In this document: positions 49,297 to 61,545 of the stretch, in pieces | How the letters are laid out: each line of letters begins with the position of its first letter | Position numbering within the stretch: the stretch's first letter is position 1 | Assembly (NCBI GenBank): GCA_030141605.1 | Contig: JAQGDQ010000068.1 | Location: forward strand, 434,001-498,000 | DNA length: 64,000 bases | Direction of reading: 5' to 3' | From: Tubiluchus corallicola | Taxonomy: Eukaryota > Animalia > Priapulida | Program-made: the position numbers and the translations under genes | Notes under the pieces: model-generated | What the model was told of the DNA's origin: nothing | The model's database searches: none | What the model saw: the letters and a program-made list of their open reading frames with translations, nothing else

Positions 49297-49966
49297 ACAG
49301 ACACAGTGTGCCGAAGTCTAGGTTACAATAATATTAGAATATTAGAAGTAAACTACAAAGTTGAAATTTCACAGCATGATATCACGGATATGTTAACTTT
49401 TAGCTGTGAAAGTTACAAGTTTGTAGCTTTAGTGGTTTTTAAGTTGGCTAGATTTTCAATCAGCCTTTTCATCAAGAAATTTTTGAAACCCTAACTTTTT
49501 TCACGTACACATTCATTTCACTAGCTTCTTTGTCTTCACAACTGCAACTCTGATCTGGTTGCAAATACTTCATTAGAGATTCTTTTTGACGTTCGATCTC
49601 GCAACTTGCCAGCTTTTTTACCTTTTGCTTCCTGTTTTCTGCTCCAGAAGACTTTGATTCTTATGTTTATCTATCATATTTATTTAAATGCTATTGTAAG
49701 AAACTTTTTATCAATGAAAAGATCATTACTGTAAGCACTTCCTTAGCTTTGCATCTCTATGCATACAACAGAAACAGTGGAGTAAAGTGTCTGTGGAGTA
49801 ATGTGTCGAAGTTCGTGACGTAATTTTAACGCAAAAGTAGAAAGTATTTGCTGTGGGCAGATCATACATTTTGACAGGCACATAACAAAATGTTGTTTTA
49901 TTTAATTAGTGTTTTGCACACTCAAGCAATTACACATGCATTATTTCAATTATTGTATATGCTAAA

Positions 49967-51140
49967 TGTAACATTCGGGTCACGAAATTCCTTGCTAGCC
50001 CAACTGGGGCTCGAACTTGGGTCGGGCATCTTAAATCAAGATGGATTGCTGAACGGGTTGGTGACTCCAAATGTTAAAGAGCAGCAATAATTGTTTAAAT
50101 TCTAAGGCAGTTACAAGCGCAGGAGGGGTCGGTCTGTCCTAAAGTACAGAGAATGGGCCAATGGTGATACAGTGTGAACGGGAACAGTGAACACAACAAA
50201 GTATAAATAAACAAACTGTTTGCCATAGGTTTAACATTTTAATTGGCATAATTAATTAATTAATTCAAAACAATAAACAAAAAGAACTCACAACTTGCAC
50301 CAGAACAGCGGGGTACCCCTCATTTAATAACAGTCTGCTAGCGTTTCACGTAGCGGGACGTCTCCCGTAAAGTTCCGGGTTTCACACACTTAGGTGGCTG
50401 GAATCACTTTGCTAACAGTCTTGTCGACAACGGCGACCGCATCAATGTCCCACTCGCTTGACTGGCTTAATGAGATTAGCGGACGATGACAGACCACCAG
50501 GATTCTTCTAACGACGTCTCCTCCTAATGAGTCAGGTACCAGGCTTTCAGAATATATTAGAAGTCTACTTTTTGTGTCGTCTTGGTTGAAAACTCCACCA
50601 TCATGGAAGCATACCCATCACAGGAAAATGTCATTTGCCAAATACTAGACGTATGGCTCACGTTCTGTCTACTCAAGATAAATGAATGGTAGTGTGAACA
50701 ATTCAATTCACGTAGCTATTGCAGTTGATTGTATCATGAAGTTGATTATAAAAGTATCCGAAGTGACGTCTTGTCGGCCAACGCCCCGACAAAGACAAAA
50801 TCAGTGGCCTTTTAGCTGAGTCGGCCATTTAACAACTATATCGTAACCTCCTGGAATAATCTGCACTTCTCAAGTCATACCTGTCGTGACCCAGTTAATC
50901 ATCCAATCACAGCGGTACTATAGGTATGAGATCATGAAGCCAGAATTTAGTCCAAAAAGTTGAACCGTAACGTTTCTTTGTTGAACTCCCAATAGGTGGA
51001 GCCACCAGTTTATAACGTTTACCAAATTCGTTTAATTAGTTATTAATGACAGGTTCAATACATACATTTCAAATGCCACGTAAACGTGTTATTACAGTTA
51101 AATGACTATTCGTTTTAATCTGCTAAACACGACCGTGACA
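49967..51140 (-). repeat. 3' LTR (1174 bp)
   Basis: Direct repeat of 57248-58412; termini TGTAAC...GTGACA on the plus strand. Confidence 0.96.
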
Positions 51141-51152
51141 GAGCTCCCCCCA
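51141..51152 (-). other. Polypurine tract
   Basis: Minus strand GGGGGGAG(CTC) abutting the 3' LTR. Confidence 0.75.
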
Positions 51153-51674
51153 AAGAATATATCCCATATAATTCTTTAATAACAGACATGATTATAACAA
51201 AGTCATTTAAATGCGCAAGTAATAACACATAATAACACAAAAGCATATTTATGCCAAACCAATACAAGATTGACCGAGTCAGTAATTAATCATTCAATTA
51301 ACATTCAGAACAACAAGGATATAAAGGAACATCAAACTTTAACTTCGGGTATAACTGAAATTGGGTTGACTTTTCCTTTAAACTAAACACATTACCCGAG
51401 TCTACTTCGTATTAAACGGAAAAGAAATATGGCTGATGTATGATCATTGACGAACTGCATTAATATTAATAAAAATGCTATTTTCCCATAGATAATAATA
51501 GCTTCCCTGCTAACGAATAAGCAGAGTCATTAAATAAATGATAAAAATTCTCATGAAAAAACAAGGGTTTATCCAACCATTGGTGAAAATTAACCCACTG
51601 ACATGAGATAAATGATTTAAATTCTTTTTTTTTAAATCACCAAAGAAAAGGGTATTTATAACGCAAATGCATGT

Positions 51675-54600
51675 TTATAGACGGCTTAATGCATCTGCCA
51701 CCAAATTTTGTGAACCTGCCACATGATCAACTGTGAATGCAAATTCACTCAAAAGTAGGGCCCAATGACAAAGACGACGGTTATTGCGCCGCATTTTGTC
51801 AAGTGCCAAAAGGCTCCTTTGGTCTTTCCCAGGGTGAAATTCCGCCCCTCTAAATAATAACGTAACTTTTGAACACAGTAAACCACACTCAGCAGTTCAA
51901 CTTCAACAACAGAATATCTAGTTTCTGTGGTGGTTAACTTTCGGCTAACGAAAGTTATCGGCACTTCACCCAAACCATCCTCTCTATCCTGAGACAACAC
52001 GCCACCTATACCAACAAAACTGGCATCAGAGGTGAGAATGAAGGGTTTGAAAAAGTCGGGTGAGTGTAGTACAGACTTAGAGGTCAGGGCATTTCGGAGC
52101 TGGAGGAAACTTTTCTCACAAGCATCTGACCATTGGACCTGAATAGAAGCGTGCTTTTCAGTCAAAGCAAATAGGGGAGCAGCAATAGTACTAAACTGAG
52201 CGATGAACCGACGGTAGAAACCTACCATTCCAAGGAATCGTCTCACTTGGGATTTAGTTTGAGGACGAGCACAGTTATGGATCTGTTCTAGCTTTTGGGG
52301 CTGTGGCCGTAAACGGTTCTTGCCAATTACGTAGCCTAAAAAGTTGGCCTCTTGCAGAGCAAAGTGACATTTGCGGGGTTTGGCTGTTAAGCCTGCTTTG
52401 CGAATGCATGTCAATGTGTCTTCCACGTGTCTCAGATGGTCTGCCCAATTTGATGACTTAATTAGTACATCGTCAATGTATCCACGTGAAGAGTTGGAGA
52501 CAGTTTCTAAGATGCGATCCATCAATGACTGAGCTGAACTAGCAGCATTCATTAGCCCAAATGGCATCACAAGGAACTCAAACTTCCCGAACGATGTTAC
52601 AAATGCTGTCAATGGGATCGACTCTGGCGTAAGTCCTATCTGCCAGTATGCCTTGGCTAGGTCGATAGTCGAGATCCATACGGCATTGTGGAGGTCATCC
52701 ACTATGTCATCAGGTCTGGGCATGACGTACGGACAAAAGATGGTACGTGCATTCAACTGTCGATAATCGACGCAAGGTCTCCATTCATCATGAGGCTTTG
52801 GCACAAGAAGCATAGGGGACGCATATTCAGATTCTGAGCGTCTTATAATCCCGAGGTCCAACATTTGTTGCAGCTCCTGTCGTACCACTTCATTGCGTGC
52901 CTGGGGAATTCGATATGGATGTTGACGGACTGGTGCTTTGTCAAACAAGTTGATGTGGTGTCTAACTACCATGGTCCTCCCTGGCAAGTCGGTAAACATT
53001 TCAGGAAATTTGTGGAAGACTGTGCGAAGTTGGGTATTAGCTTGACTGGAGAGGTTTGAAGACAGCTCTAAATCATCTACAGATTGTGTAGCCTTAGCTG
53101 TTGGCAGAAAAGCATACTCAGGGAGCCCAGAAGATTGTACAACACCTTGGCCAATCGCTGGCTCAGACTGCAATTCTTCTACTTCCTCTTCATTTCCAGC
53201 CCAGAACACTTCACCCTCCGTAATACTGACTTCATCGGTGTAGTCTCTTTCTAGATCAGGAACTTCACTACTAGTACACATTGCCCACAATACCAAGTTT
53301 TCCTGACGGTCAATGTAGTGCTTGAGTTTATTCACATGATAAACTCGGACATCGCGCCGCTTGCCTTTTGATCCTATGCATACTTTGTAGTTCCAGTCTG
53401 ACAGTTTATCCACTACTGGAAAGGGACCACGCCAACCTGGGCTCATCTTTTTGCCCTTACGCATATTGCGGATCAAAACACGGTCACCAATTTCAAAGCC
53501 TCGCTCCTTGGAAATCCTGTCATACCAGCGTTTTTGGGCTAGCTTAGCCTCCCTCAAAGACTGGTGGGCATCCTCTGTAGTTGTTTCTATCGTATTGATA
53601 ACTCGGGCTACATATTCATCGATGTCCTCCAAATTGGGGGGCTTGGAGCATCCCCAGCATTCTTTGAGCATAGCCAAAGGACCACGTATAGGATATCCAA
53701 AGACAAGTTCATTGGGTGAGTAATTGGTCGATTCCTGGGGCACTTCCCTGTAAGCAAACAGGACGAAATCTACAGCTTGGTCCCAGGGTAAAGAAGGATT
53801 GTCTTGTTGTAGACGAAGAATGGAAGCTTTCAAAGTGGCATTATATCTCTCGACAAGACCACAAGTGGAAGGAGAGTAGGGACTGGCAAAGATACCCTTT
53901 ACTCCTAATTGGCGCTCTAACTCTTGAGTAAGCTCAGAAGTGAATTGTGTACCACAATCCGTAATTATCTGTCGAGGGATTCCATACCTGCAACAGAACT
54001 TAAGGAGAGCATCCAGTACAGTGATTGTTTCTATGTTAGGAAGTGGATAACAATCAGGGTAGCGGGTTGAGTGATCAATCAGTACCAATGCATATCGGTT
54101 TCCACTAGGAGTACGATCCAGGGGGCCAATGATATCCATTCCAATAGTACGGAACGCAGTGTCGGCTATGGACAGTGGTTTTAGAGGTGCTCTGTCTGCC
54201 TGACGTACTCTAGCTGTACGCTGACAAGTATCACAAGAGCGACAATAGTTACGAACACTTCGTTTTAAGTGTGGCCAGATAAATTCTTGAAGTATACGTT
54301 GCGTAGTTTTGTTTATGCCAAGGTGCCCAGCAAGTCGACTGCCATGTGCTAAAGCAAGCACTGTCTTACGTCTAGGTTTGGGCAGTACGAGAAGTTCACG
54401 GGGAGATTGTCCTTTCCTTTCCCGGCATAAATAAAACAAAATGCCATCACGCAAGAAATATCCGCTTACTTTTTTATAGGCTGCTTCGGGAGTTCCTGCG
54501 TTATCAATGAGGTTACGAATGGACACATCTTCTTCTTGTTCTTGCCCCAACTCCTTTGCACTAGCTTTGAGCAGTTGATCGTGCACTTTCGTGGATTGGT

Positions 54601-56530
54601 GCAGATCCGTTTGTCCACTCTCCGCCCTATTCAACGCGTATTGATGCTGTTGCGAGTCGCGCCTAGCATCAGCCTCTTGCTTTGCAGCTTGTGAGCGGGT
54701 TACAACATAAGCTGACTCTGTCATTTGCACTCTTGCTTCGGCGATGGCCCGACGTGGCTTGGGAAGGGGCTTTAAAGCAGAAAGGTAGTTATTACCGAGT
54801 AGAAAATCTGTAGGTAACTTTGAGCTCACACTCACAGTAAGGATGCCGGAAAAACCAGGACCCTCAATTTCAATCTCTGCAGGAAAGCAAGTGCTTAGAT
54901 CGCCGCAAATACAAGTGAGTTGCTGAGGTGATTTATCTAAATATTGGTCAGGCTGCACAAACCTCGAATTCACCATAGAAACAGAGGCGCCTGTATCACG
55001 GACGCAATCGGCATGCAACCCATTAATGAGAGCCTTGAAGCAAACAGGTTCTGTCTGTCCTGGCACATGCCGCCATTGATTGTTAGCTAAGTCATCACTG
55101 TCAACCTCGCCGAATAATTGTTTTCCAGCGGAAGTAGATCCAGCAGCTTTGAGACTTGCCTCCGTATTAAGGTTTGCACGACATTCATTCCGTTTGTGCC
55201 CGGCCCTGCCACAACGATAACACTGTATCCGTGTGCTCTTTATTGTATTGCCACCTCCACCACCTTTATTTTCTTTGGAGCGCTGACTGGATTGGGTAGA
55301 TCTATTGTAACGACGCGAAACCAGAGTACTCCTTTCATGTGGTGTTACCAAGTTTGCAGCCACGTATCGATCTGCGCGTTCCGTAAGTTCTTCTAATTTC
55401 AGAAGAGTTTTCCTCCTTAGCCATGCCGCCAAGTCGTTCGGCATCAAGGAAAGTATCTGTTCAACTGCGTCAATTTGACAAACTCCCTCATAGGTAGAAA
55501 CACCGAGAGCTTTGTGATAATCTCGCAGGCTACTATCCAGCCTGCGACCGAGTTGAGTATAGCTTTCATTTTTCAGTTTGCTAATACTTCGGAATCTTTC
55601 CAAGTACATATCAGGACTGAGAATGTAAGCACCAAGCAACGCCTTACGTAATGCATCATAATTTCGCAAACTGTCTGCTGGCAATTGCTGAAACGCATCA
55701 GCAGCCCTGCCAGTCAATGCTGGCCCCAGGCAGGCTGCCCAAGATGTCTTAGGAATATCATTGGCAACCGCACAAGACTCGAACCAATCCAAGTACTTCT
55801 GAATATCATCCTTAGATTCTTCATATGTCCGGACTTTAAAATGCCTGATCTTATCAGCAGCAGAATCTAAAGTTGAAGTATTAGGGTTAGAGAAGGAGAT
55901 ATTATGTGCGGGGGACGACCTAAGTTCTTGACGTCTCAATTCGACTTGAGCCATCTGTTGTTCATGTTCCATTCTCTTTATGGACACTTCAGCTTCAAGT
56001 TCCAATCGCCTAATTTCAAGTAAGGCTTGGGTTGTCTTCTCATCAGTAGTAGAAAGCGCTTCTAAATTAATTGACGCAGTTTTACGACGCCTAGGAGTAG
56101 GCAAAGGTACACTATTTACATGCGTTGGCACCGAGACCGGATCTAGCAGGGGCTTTTCGGCAGCAATGGTTCGCACCCCTGTTGTAGCGAAATGAAGCGG
56201 CTTGCGCTTGACACTAGTATCCTCTCGTTCACTTAAAGCGGCTGTAGCGGGTAGGGGCAGCTCCATGTCATTATCCGAGAGAGAACCCTCCTCTGACATG
56301 CGATCCAGTTGATCCAGTGGATCTTTCATCTCACCACCTTCTGGATTTTCCAAGTCCGCCCTAGTTTCCGCTCCCTCTTCGGGAAGCCCTGCTGCTTTAA
56401 AAATTGTAGTAATCAACTTCGCTCTCGTAGTTCGTGGGTCAACCAGGAGCAAATGCTCTGCAACGATATCTTGCAATTGTTTCTTGCTAAGGGAAACTAA
56501 TTGTGACAGTTTATATCGTTTCTCAGACAT
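51675..56530 (-). CDS. Gag-Pol polyprotein (gag with CCHC knuckle, protease, integrase, RT, RNase H) with one frameshift at ~51824-51830
   Basis: CYRCGRAGHKRNEC; DTGA; HGSRLAGHLG...CDTC; MDIIGP...TDCGTQF...VERYN; GPF; YIDD; TSDAS...ETRYSVVEVE. The RNase H tail (DQRSL...WALLLSEFAFTVDHVAGSQNLVADALSRL*) continues in the -1 frame to TAA at 51675-51677. First ATG 56530. Confidence 0.92.
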
Positions 56531-57236
56531 TATTGAAACAATAATTAAATTCAAGCCTGAAAACGAAAATGCAATTAGCTACGGGTTATAGTTTGATAGG
56601 TTTTCCCTAATTTTCCACTTCTCACGCCTCCACACACTCTTGCACTCAAACACAAAGAGAAACGTTTTTTAACTCTATTTCTTGTTAACGAGCTTCAACC
56701 CGTACAATTAAACTGGAGTTTTTGAGCGTAGGCCTTTAGTACCAAATGTATTGGCCAGAATTTTGTATGCGCAAAGTAAATTTAAAAAGCTATAAACGCT
56801 TAGAACAAGCAACAGAGAAGCCAGGTAAACATGCAGCATGTATACTTCCTGCCAACGAAGCTTTTTCTATATTTAGTTTGCGAAGAAACTGGACTTATGC
56901 CAAATTTTCAATAACGTCCTATGTAAACCTGACTAGACACCAGAATACAGTTAGGGAACAATATCTAGGTTAAACTGCAAAATATTGATTTAACTGGTGT
57001 ACCTACAAAGTTTAAATAGAAAAACTGTTGTAACTACTATTTTCTGCCCGGTTTTTCACTTTTCGTTTAAGTAAAGCTGAATCGTTTATCACACGGACAA
57101 AAATATTTCCTACTAGTAGTTAATGAAAGAAATTAACATTTCCGTGGCATTTGTTTAGCTCACACTGTATAACCAAGACTTGTACAAAACGGATGAAGAT
57201 ATCAACTCAAGTTGATATTAGACACGACAAAAAACG

Positions 57237-57246
57237 TCTGACACCA
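57237..57246 (-). other. Primer binding site (tRNA-Leu-like)
   Basis: TGGTGTCAGA one base inside the 5' LTR boundary; complementary to the ...TCTGACACCA 3' end of Leu tRNAs. Confidence 0.75.
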
Positions 57247-57247
57247 G

Positions 57248-58412
57248 TGTAACATTCGGGTCACGAAATTCCTTGCTAGCCCAACTGGGGCTCGAACTTG
57301 GGTCGGGCATCTTAAATCAAGATGGATTGCTGAACGGGTTGGTGACTCCAAATGTTAAAGAGCAGCAATAATTGTTTAAATTCTAAGGCAGTTACAAGCT
57401 CAGGAGGGGTCGGTCTGTCCTAAAGTACAGAGAATGGGCCAATGGTGATACAGTGTGAACGGGAACAGTGAACACAACAAAGTATAAATAAACAAACTGT
57501 TTGCCATAGGTTTAACATTTTAATTGGCATAATTAATTAATTAATTCAAAACAATAAACAAAAAGAACTCACAACTTGCACCAGAGCAGCGGGGTACCCC
57601 TCATTTAATAACAGTCTGCTAGCGTTTCACGTAGCGGGACGTCTCCCGTAAAGTTCCGGGTTTCACACACTTAGGTGGCTGGAATCACTTTGCTAACAGT
57701 CTTGTCGGCAACGGCGACTGCACCAATGTTCCCCTCGCTTGACTGGCTTAATGAGATGACAGACCACCAGGATTCTTCTGACGACGTCTCCTCCTAATGA
57801 GTCAGGTACCAGGCTTTCAGAATATATTAGAAGTCTACTTTTTGTGTCGTCTTGGTTGAAAACTCCACCATCATGGAAGCATACCCATCACAGGAAGATG
57901 TCATTTGCCAAATACTAGACGTATGGCTCACGTTCTGTCTACTCAAGATAAATGAATGGTAGTGTGAACAATTCAATTCACGTAGCTATTGCAGTTGATT
58001 GTATCATGAAGTTGATTATAAAAGTATCCGAAGTGACGTCTTGTCGGCCAACGCCCCGACAAAGACAAAATCAATTGGCCTTTTAGCTGAGTCGGCCATT
58101 TAACAACTATATCGTAACCTCCTGGAATAATCTGCACTTCTCAAGTCATACCTGTCGTGACCCAGTTAATCATCCAATCACAGCGGTACTATAGGTATGA
58201 GATCATGAAGCCAGAATTTAGTCCAAAAAGTTGAACCGTAACGTTTCTTTGTTGAACTCCCAATAGGTGGAGCCACCAGTTTATAACGTTTACCAAATTC
58301 GGTTAATTAGTTATTAATGACAGGTTCAATACAATACATTTCAAATGCCACGTAAACGTGTTATTACAGTTAAATGACTATTCGTTTTAATCTGCTAAAC
58401 ACGACCGTGACA
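57248..58412 (-). repeat. 5' LTR (1165 bp)
   Basis: Direct repeat of 49967-51140; about 11 substitutions and 3 indels by manual comparison. Confidence 0.96.
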
Positions 58413-58720
58413 CTAAACTTAAAATTAAAGAATTACTTCCAGAATTTTGCACCCTAGGCAACTGGCTAGTTTACCTAGCGGTAGGACAGGGTTGCATGTA
58501 AGTGAAATATGGGGACTTATTCAATGATACATATGCAGAAAAACCTCATTGAAGTGAACCTTGATACATATTAAGAGAAAATAATAGTTAACTGCATCCA
58601 TCTAAGCAGGTATGACTGAAAAATTAACATTGCACATAACATTTCACACAAGTGCCTAGTTGCCTATTTGGTGGTTGCCATTAGCACACATATTATGCCT
58701 AGTTCACAGTTTAAGCTTAC

Positions 58721-58848
58721 CATATTTTCATCCTTCAAGACTTCATCAACAGATTCAATAGACTTGCACGCAGATTTGTCCTGCGAAGTGGAATCTGTAG
58801 ACGGTAAATTACAAACAGACTTGTATCCAATTGCTGAAACCTGGCAGA
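58721..58848 (-). CDS. MRPS18C: MRPS18C exon 2 (inferred)
   Basis: ATTTCAG acceptor, ATG|GTAAGC donor; 128 nt, phase 1/0 fits both neighbours; ends LKDENM, joining PISDMDNPY (cf. NEDLPISMENPY). Confidence 0.7.
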
Positions 58849-59659
58849 CTGAAATGATAACAAAGTGTTGTAAGGCTTTTACATTTCTGTAATTAAGGAA
58901 AAAGAACCATGTTGCAACCCTCCCCTTCAATGGCCACCTTGTATTAATGTAGTCCTTGATACTCTTTTCTAGCACAAAATCAACAGTTTTCCCAAGAAGG
59001 ACAAAAGTGCAAACAGCAATCAAAACTCATTCAGTTTCTGCACGCATGGTACGAGTTCTTGTTGCTAAAAAGACGAAGTAGTCCTATGCAGTGATATATA
59101 CAAGATGGTATACAAGTTTTTGCAAGGCAGATACAGAAGCAATGGGTAATCATACAAAATAATTTATTACATAAAAGTACTGCTAAGATATATATGCAAA
59201 TCTATTAAAAGGCCCAAAATTTAATGTGGAACGTTTGGGTGTCTCGCACAGCCTGCAATTTTGTGGGGTAGATTTTTTGATCAGAGCAGTGACCCTTGCA
59301 GATGTCTCACAAGTTTGTTTCTTGAATACTGATCAATGGCATGTTCTTGGATTATCCAAGGGACCACTTTGTTTTTCAGGATAGCTCCAGTGTTTTTTAT
59401 GGGTTGAGGTCTGGCAAATTTTTTTAATATATGTGTGTATACACATACGTATATATACAAATATATATCCGATAGCACAAAGTTTTGATTACAACAATAT
59501 AAGTAAATAATAAATTCACTTGAAAATGATTGCATTGATGTTACAGATGTTTATGTATAAACACCAACAATTTTAGGTAATCCTCTCGCATGTTTCCCAA
59601 AAAGGAAGTTTTAAATATAAGTCAAAAAATAAAATATCGGAAAAATTTTCTGTCACTAT

Positions 59660-59910
59660 TGTTGAAGTGCTATACGTGTCCACCATTTTCACTACAAACT
59701 AGAAGGCATTTGTTCCAACAGCATACACAGTTTCTCACTTTTTAGGGATATTTGGTCCCAACATTCAGCAACTCCTGCTTTTAGTTCTTCTGCATCAAAC
59801 AGCTTTGTGCAGCCGTTGTACACTTTCTCTTGAAGGGAATTCCAGATACTGTAATCCAGACGATTAAGTCCCAGTTCTTTCTTGGCAGCAAATCTTTATC
59901 AGTGAAGACC
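59660..59910 (-). mobile_element. Tc1/mariner transposase relic (C-terminal part)
   Basis: DLNRLDYSIWNSLQEKVY at ~59817-59870 resembles SPDLNPLDYSIW; a second probable relic (ILKNKVVPW) lies at ~59200-59390. Confidence 0.6.
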
Positions 59911-60569
59911 AAGATGTAAACTGGTTGATTTCTTTAATGTTTGCTGCCCTGTACTTGGATTTGAATGCTTTAGCTGTTTTTCAGTTAATGATTATAGCTG
60001 ACATTGATCAGACATTTAATTTTTCAACATGGAGAATCTTTGCAGCCATGACTCAAAAACTACTAAAATTATTACACATAGTATATAAAATAGTGTGTGT
60101 GTGCTTGGCTTGTAAACCAAAACCGTCCATTAGTCGGCATAATTAAAAGTACGTTATGATGCTTCAGAGTATAATGCACCAAAAATTGGGTCAAATGCCA
60201 ATTTTATAAAAAGAAACGCTACACAGGACTTTGTATTCTAGCATCAAATTATCAAGAAAATGTTCAAAAAATACTAAGAATCTAATTTTATAGATTCTCT
60301 GGCAAAAAACTAGTACTGCAATTGTAAAACAACTTGTATTTTCAAACTATGATAGTAGCTCATAGAAGCAGTCATTTTGTTTCGGGTTTTCTCTCTTGCC
60401 AAGCCCAGACCTTTGTCAGTAAGAGCCATTTACTGGATTAAAACATAACTTCAACGTGATCATGCAAAGTCTGTAGTAACTAATATTTGTGCAGTTGCTA
60501 AGTATTTTGTAGAAACGCGACAAAAAACAATGGCTAACTTTAACAGCGTTTTTGTCAAGGTTATGTTTT

Positions 60570-61185
60570 TCAGTGGAAAAAAACCAGTGAAATACTTGGA
60601 AGAGTGTGATAAGAAGATTGCATGTGAGATAACAGAATGGAAAGTTAATATGATTGCACTAAAAGCAAATTACAGAAATAAATTAAAATTAGATATGGCC
60701 TGCCCGCTCTGTTATAATACAGAGGATACAACTGAGCAGCTACTATTATGCAAGTAGTGTATAGAAATATTGGGAGAAACAACAACAACTGCAGATAACT
60801 TCTATAGTGATCATGTCGATTAACTGGTACAGATTATGCAAAACAAGGCATCATTGATAAATCTTTAAAGCTGATGTCAACACAGCACAATCTATTATCT
60901 TTCTTCCTACCATTTCCACTAACACATCCTTCTACCCTTCCTGTGTGATCTAACCTTTCTCCCAGTTCTTTTTTTGTTCACTCATCCATTTTTTATCGGG
61001 TTCACATGACAGTGGGCTTATACAAGCCTTTGCTTCTCTAGCCCACTGCAGTACAATTATTCTTTTATGATAACGACAGTGTATGAAACATAACAATTTA
61101 ATATAGTAGATGTAATAATTTTGATGTCACTGTGTGCTTTATATTGTACTGGATGTGATAATAATAATAATAAAAAAATAAATAA
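60570..61185 (+). mobile_element. Non-LTR retrotransposon 3' remnant(s): C-terminal zinc-knuckle region, 3' stem-loop and (TAA)n/A tail
   Basis: NMIALKANYRNK...CPLCYNTEDTTEQLLLC; hairpin CAGTGGGCT...AGCCCACTG at 61010-61048; AATAATAATAATAAAAAA at ~61160-61178. The knuckle and the tail may belong to different elements. Confidence 0.55.
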
Positions 61186-61472
61186 TAATTACTGATTGAA
61201 TTAAGTGAGCGCATATCGAACGTGATGCGGCTGAGAAAGAAATATGGAATCGATCTAAAAATACAAATGAGAAGGAAAAAACAAAAAGCCTCGAAGATAA
61301 AAACAAGGACAGAAAAAAATTGACGTTATCAAGAAGACTACGAAAAAGTTTTCAGTGAGGATACACAGGAAAGTCTTAAATGACATTCCAATATCCTGGA
61401 TTTGGGCTGAATTAAAGCAACAATAATTCCCGAACCGAAAGAACTTTTGTCTAAAACATTTTGAAAACTCAC

Positions 61473-61545
61473 TTCGAGACACTTCAGATGACAAAGTTTT
61501 GCGTTGCAAATTCACAGAAAACCATTTGCAGAAGGAGGCAGCCAT
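61473..61545 (-). CDS. MRPS18C: MRPS18C exon 1 (inferred; mitochondrial presequence-like)
   Basis: (MK)MAASFCKWFSVNLQRKTLSSEVSR followed by an A|GTGAGT donor, phase 1 matching exon 2; alternative ATG at 61551. Confidence 0.65.

Larger units (their letters stand above)
49967..58412 (-). mobile_element. Full-length Gmr1-like Ty3/Gypsy LTR retrotransposon in MRPS18C intron 2
   Basis: Two TG...CA LTRs, 5-bp TSD CTAAA (49962-49966 and 58413-58417), PBS, PPT and a single gag-pol ORF with PR-IN-RT-RH order. Confidence 0.96.

Noticed and set aside
51749-51823. ORF-track C-terminus of gag-pol (TKGAFWHL...GPYF)
   Set aside because: Out-of-frame read-through after the frameshift; the real RNase H tail is in the -1 frame.
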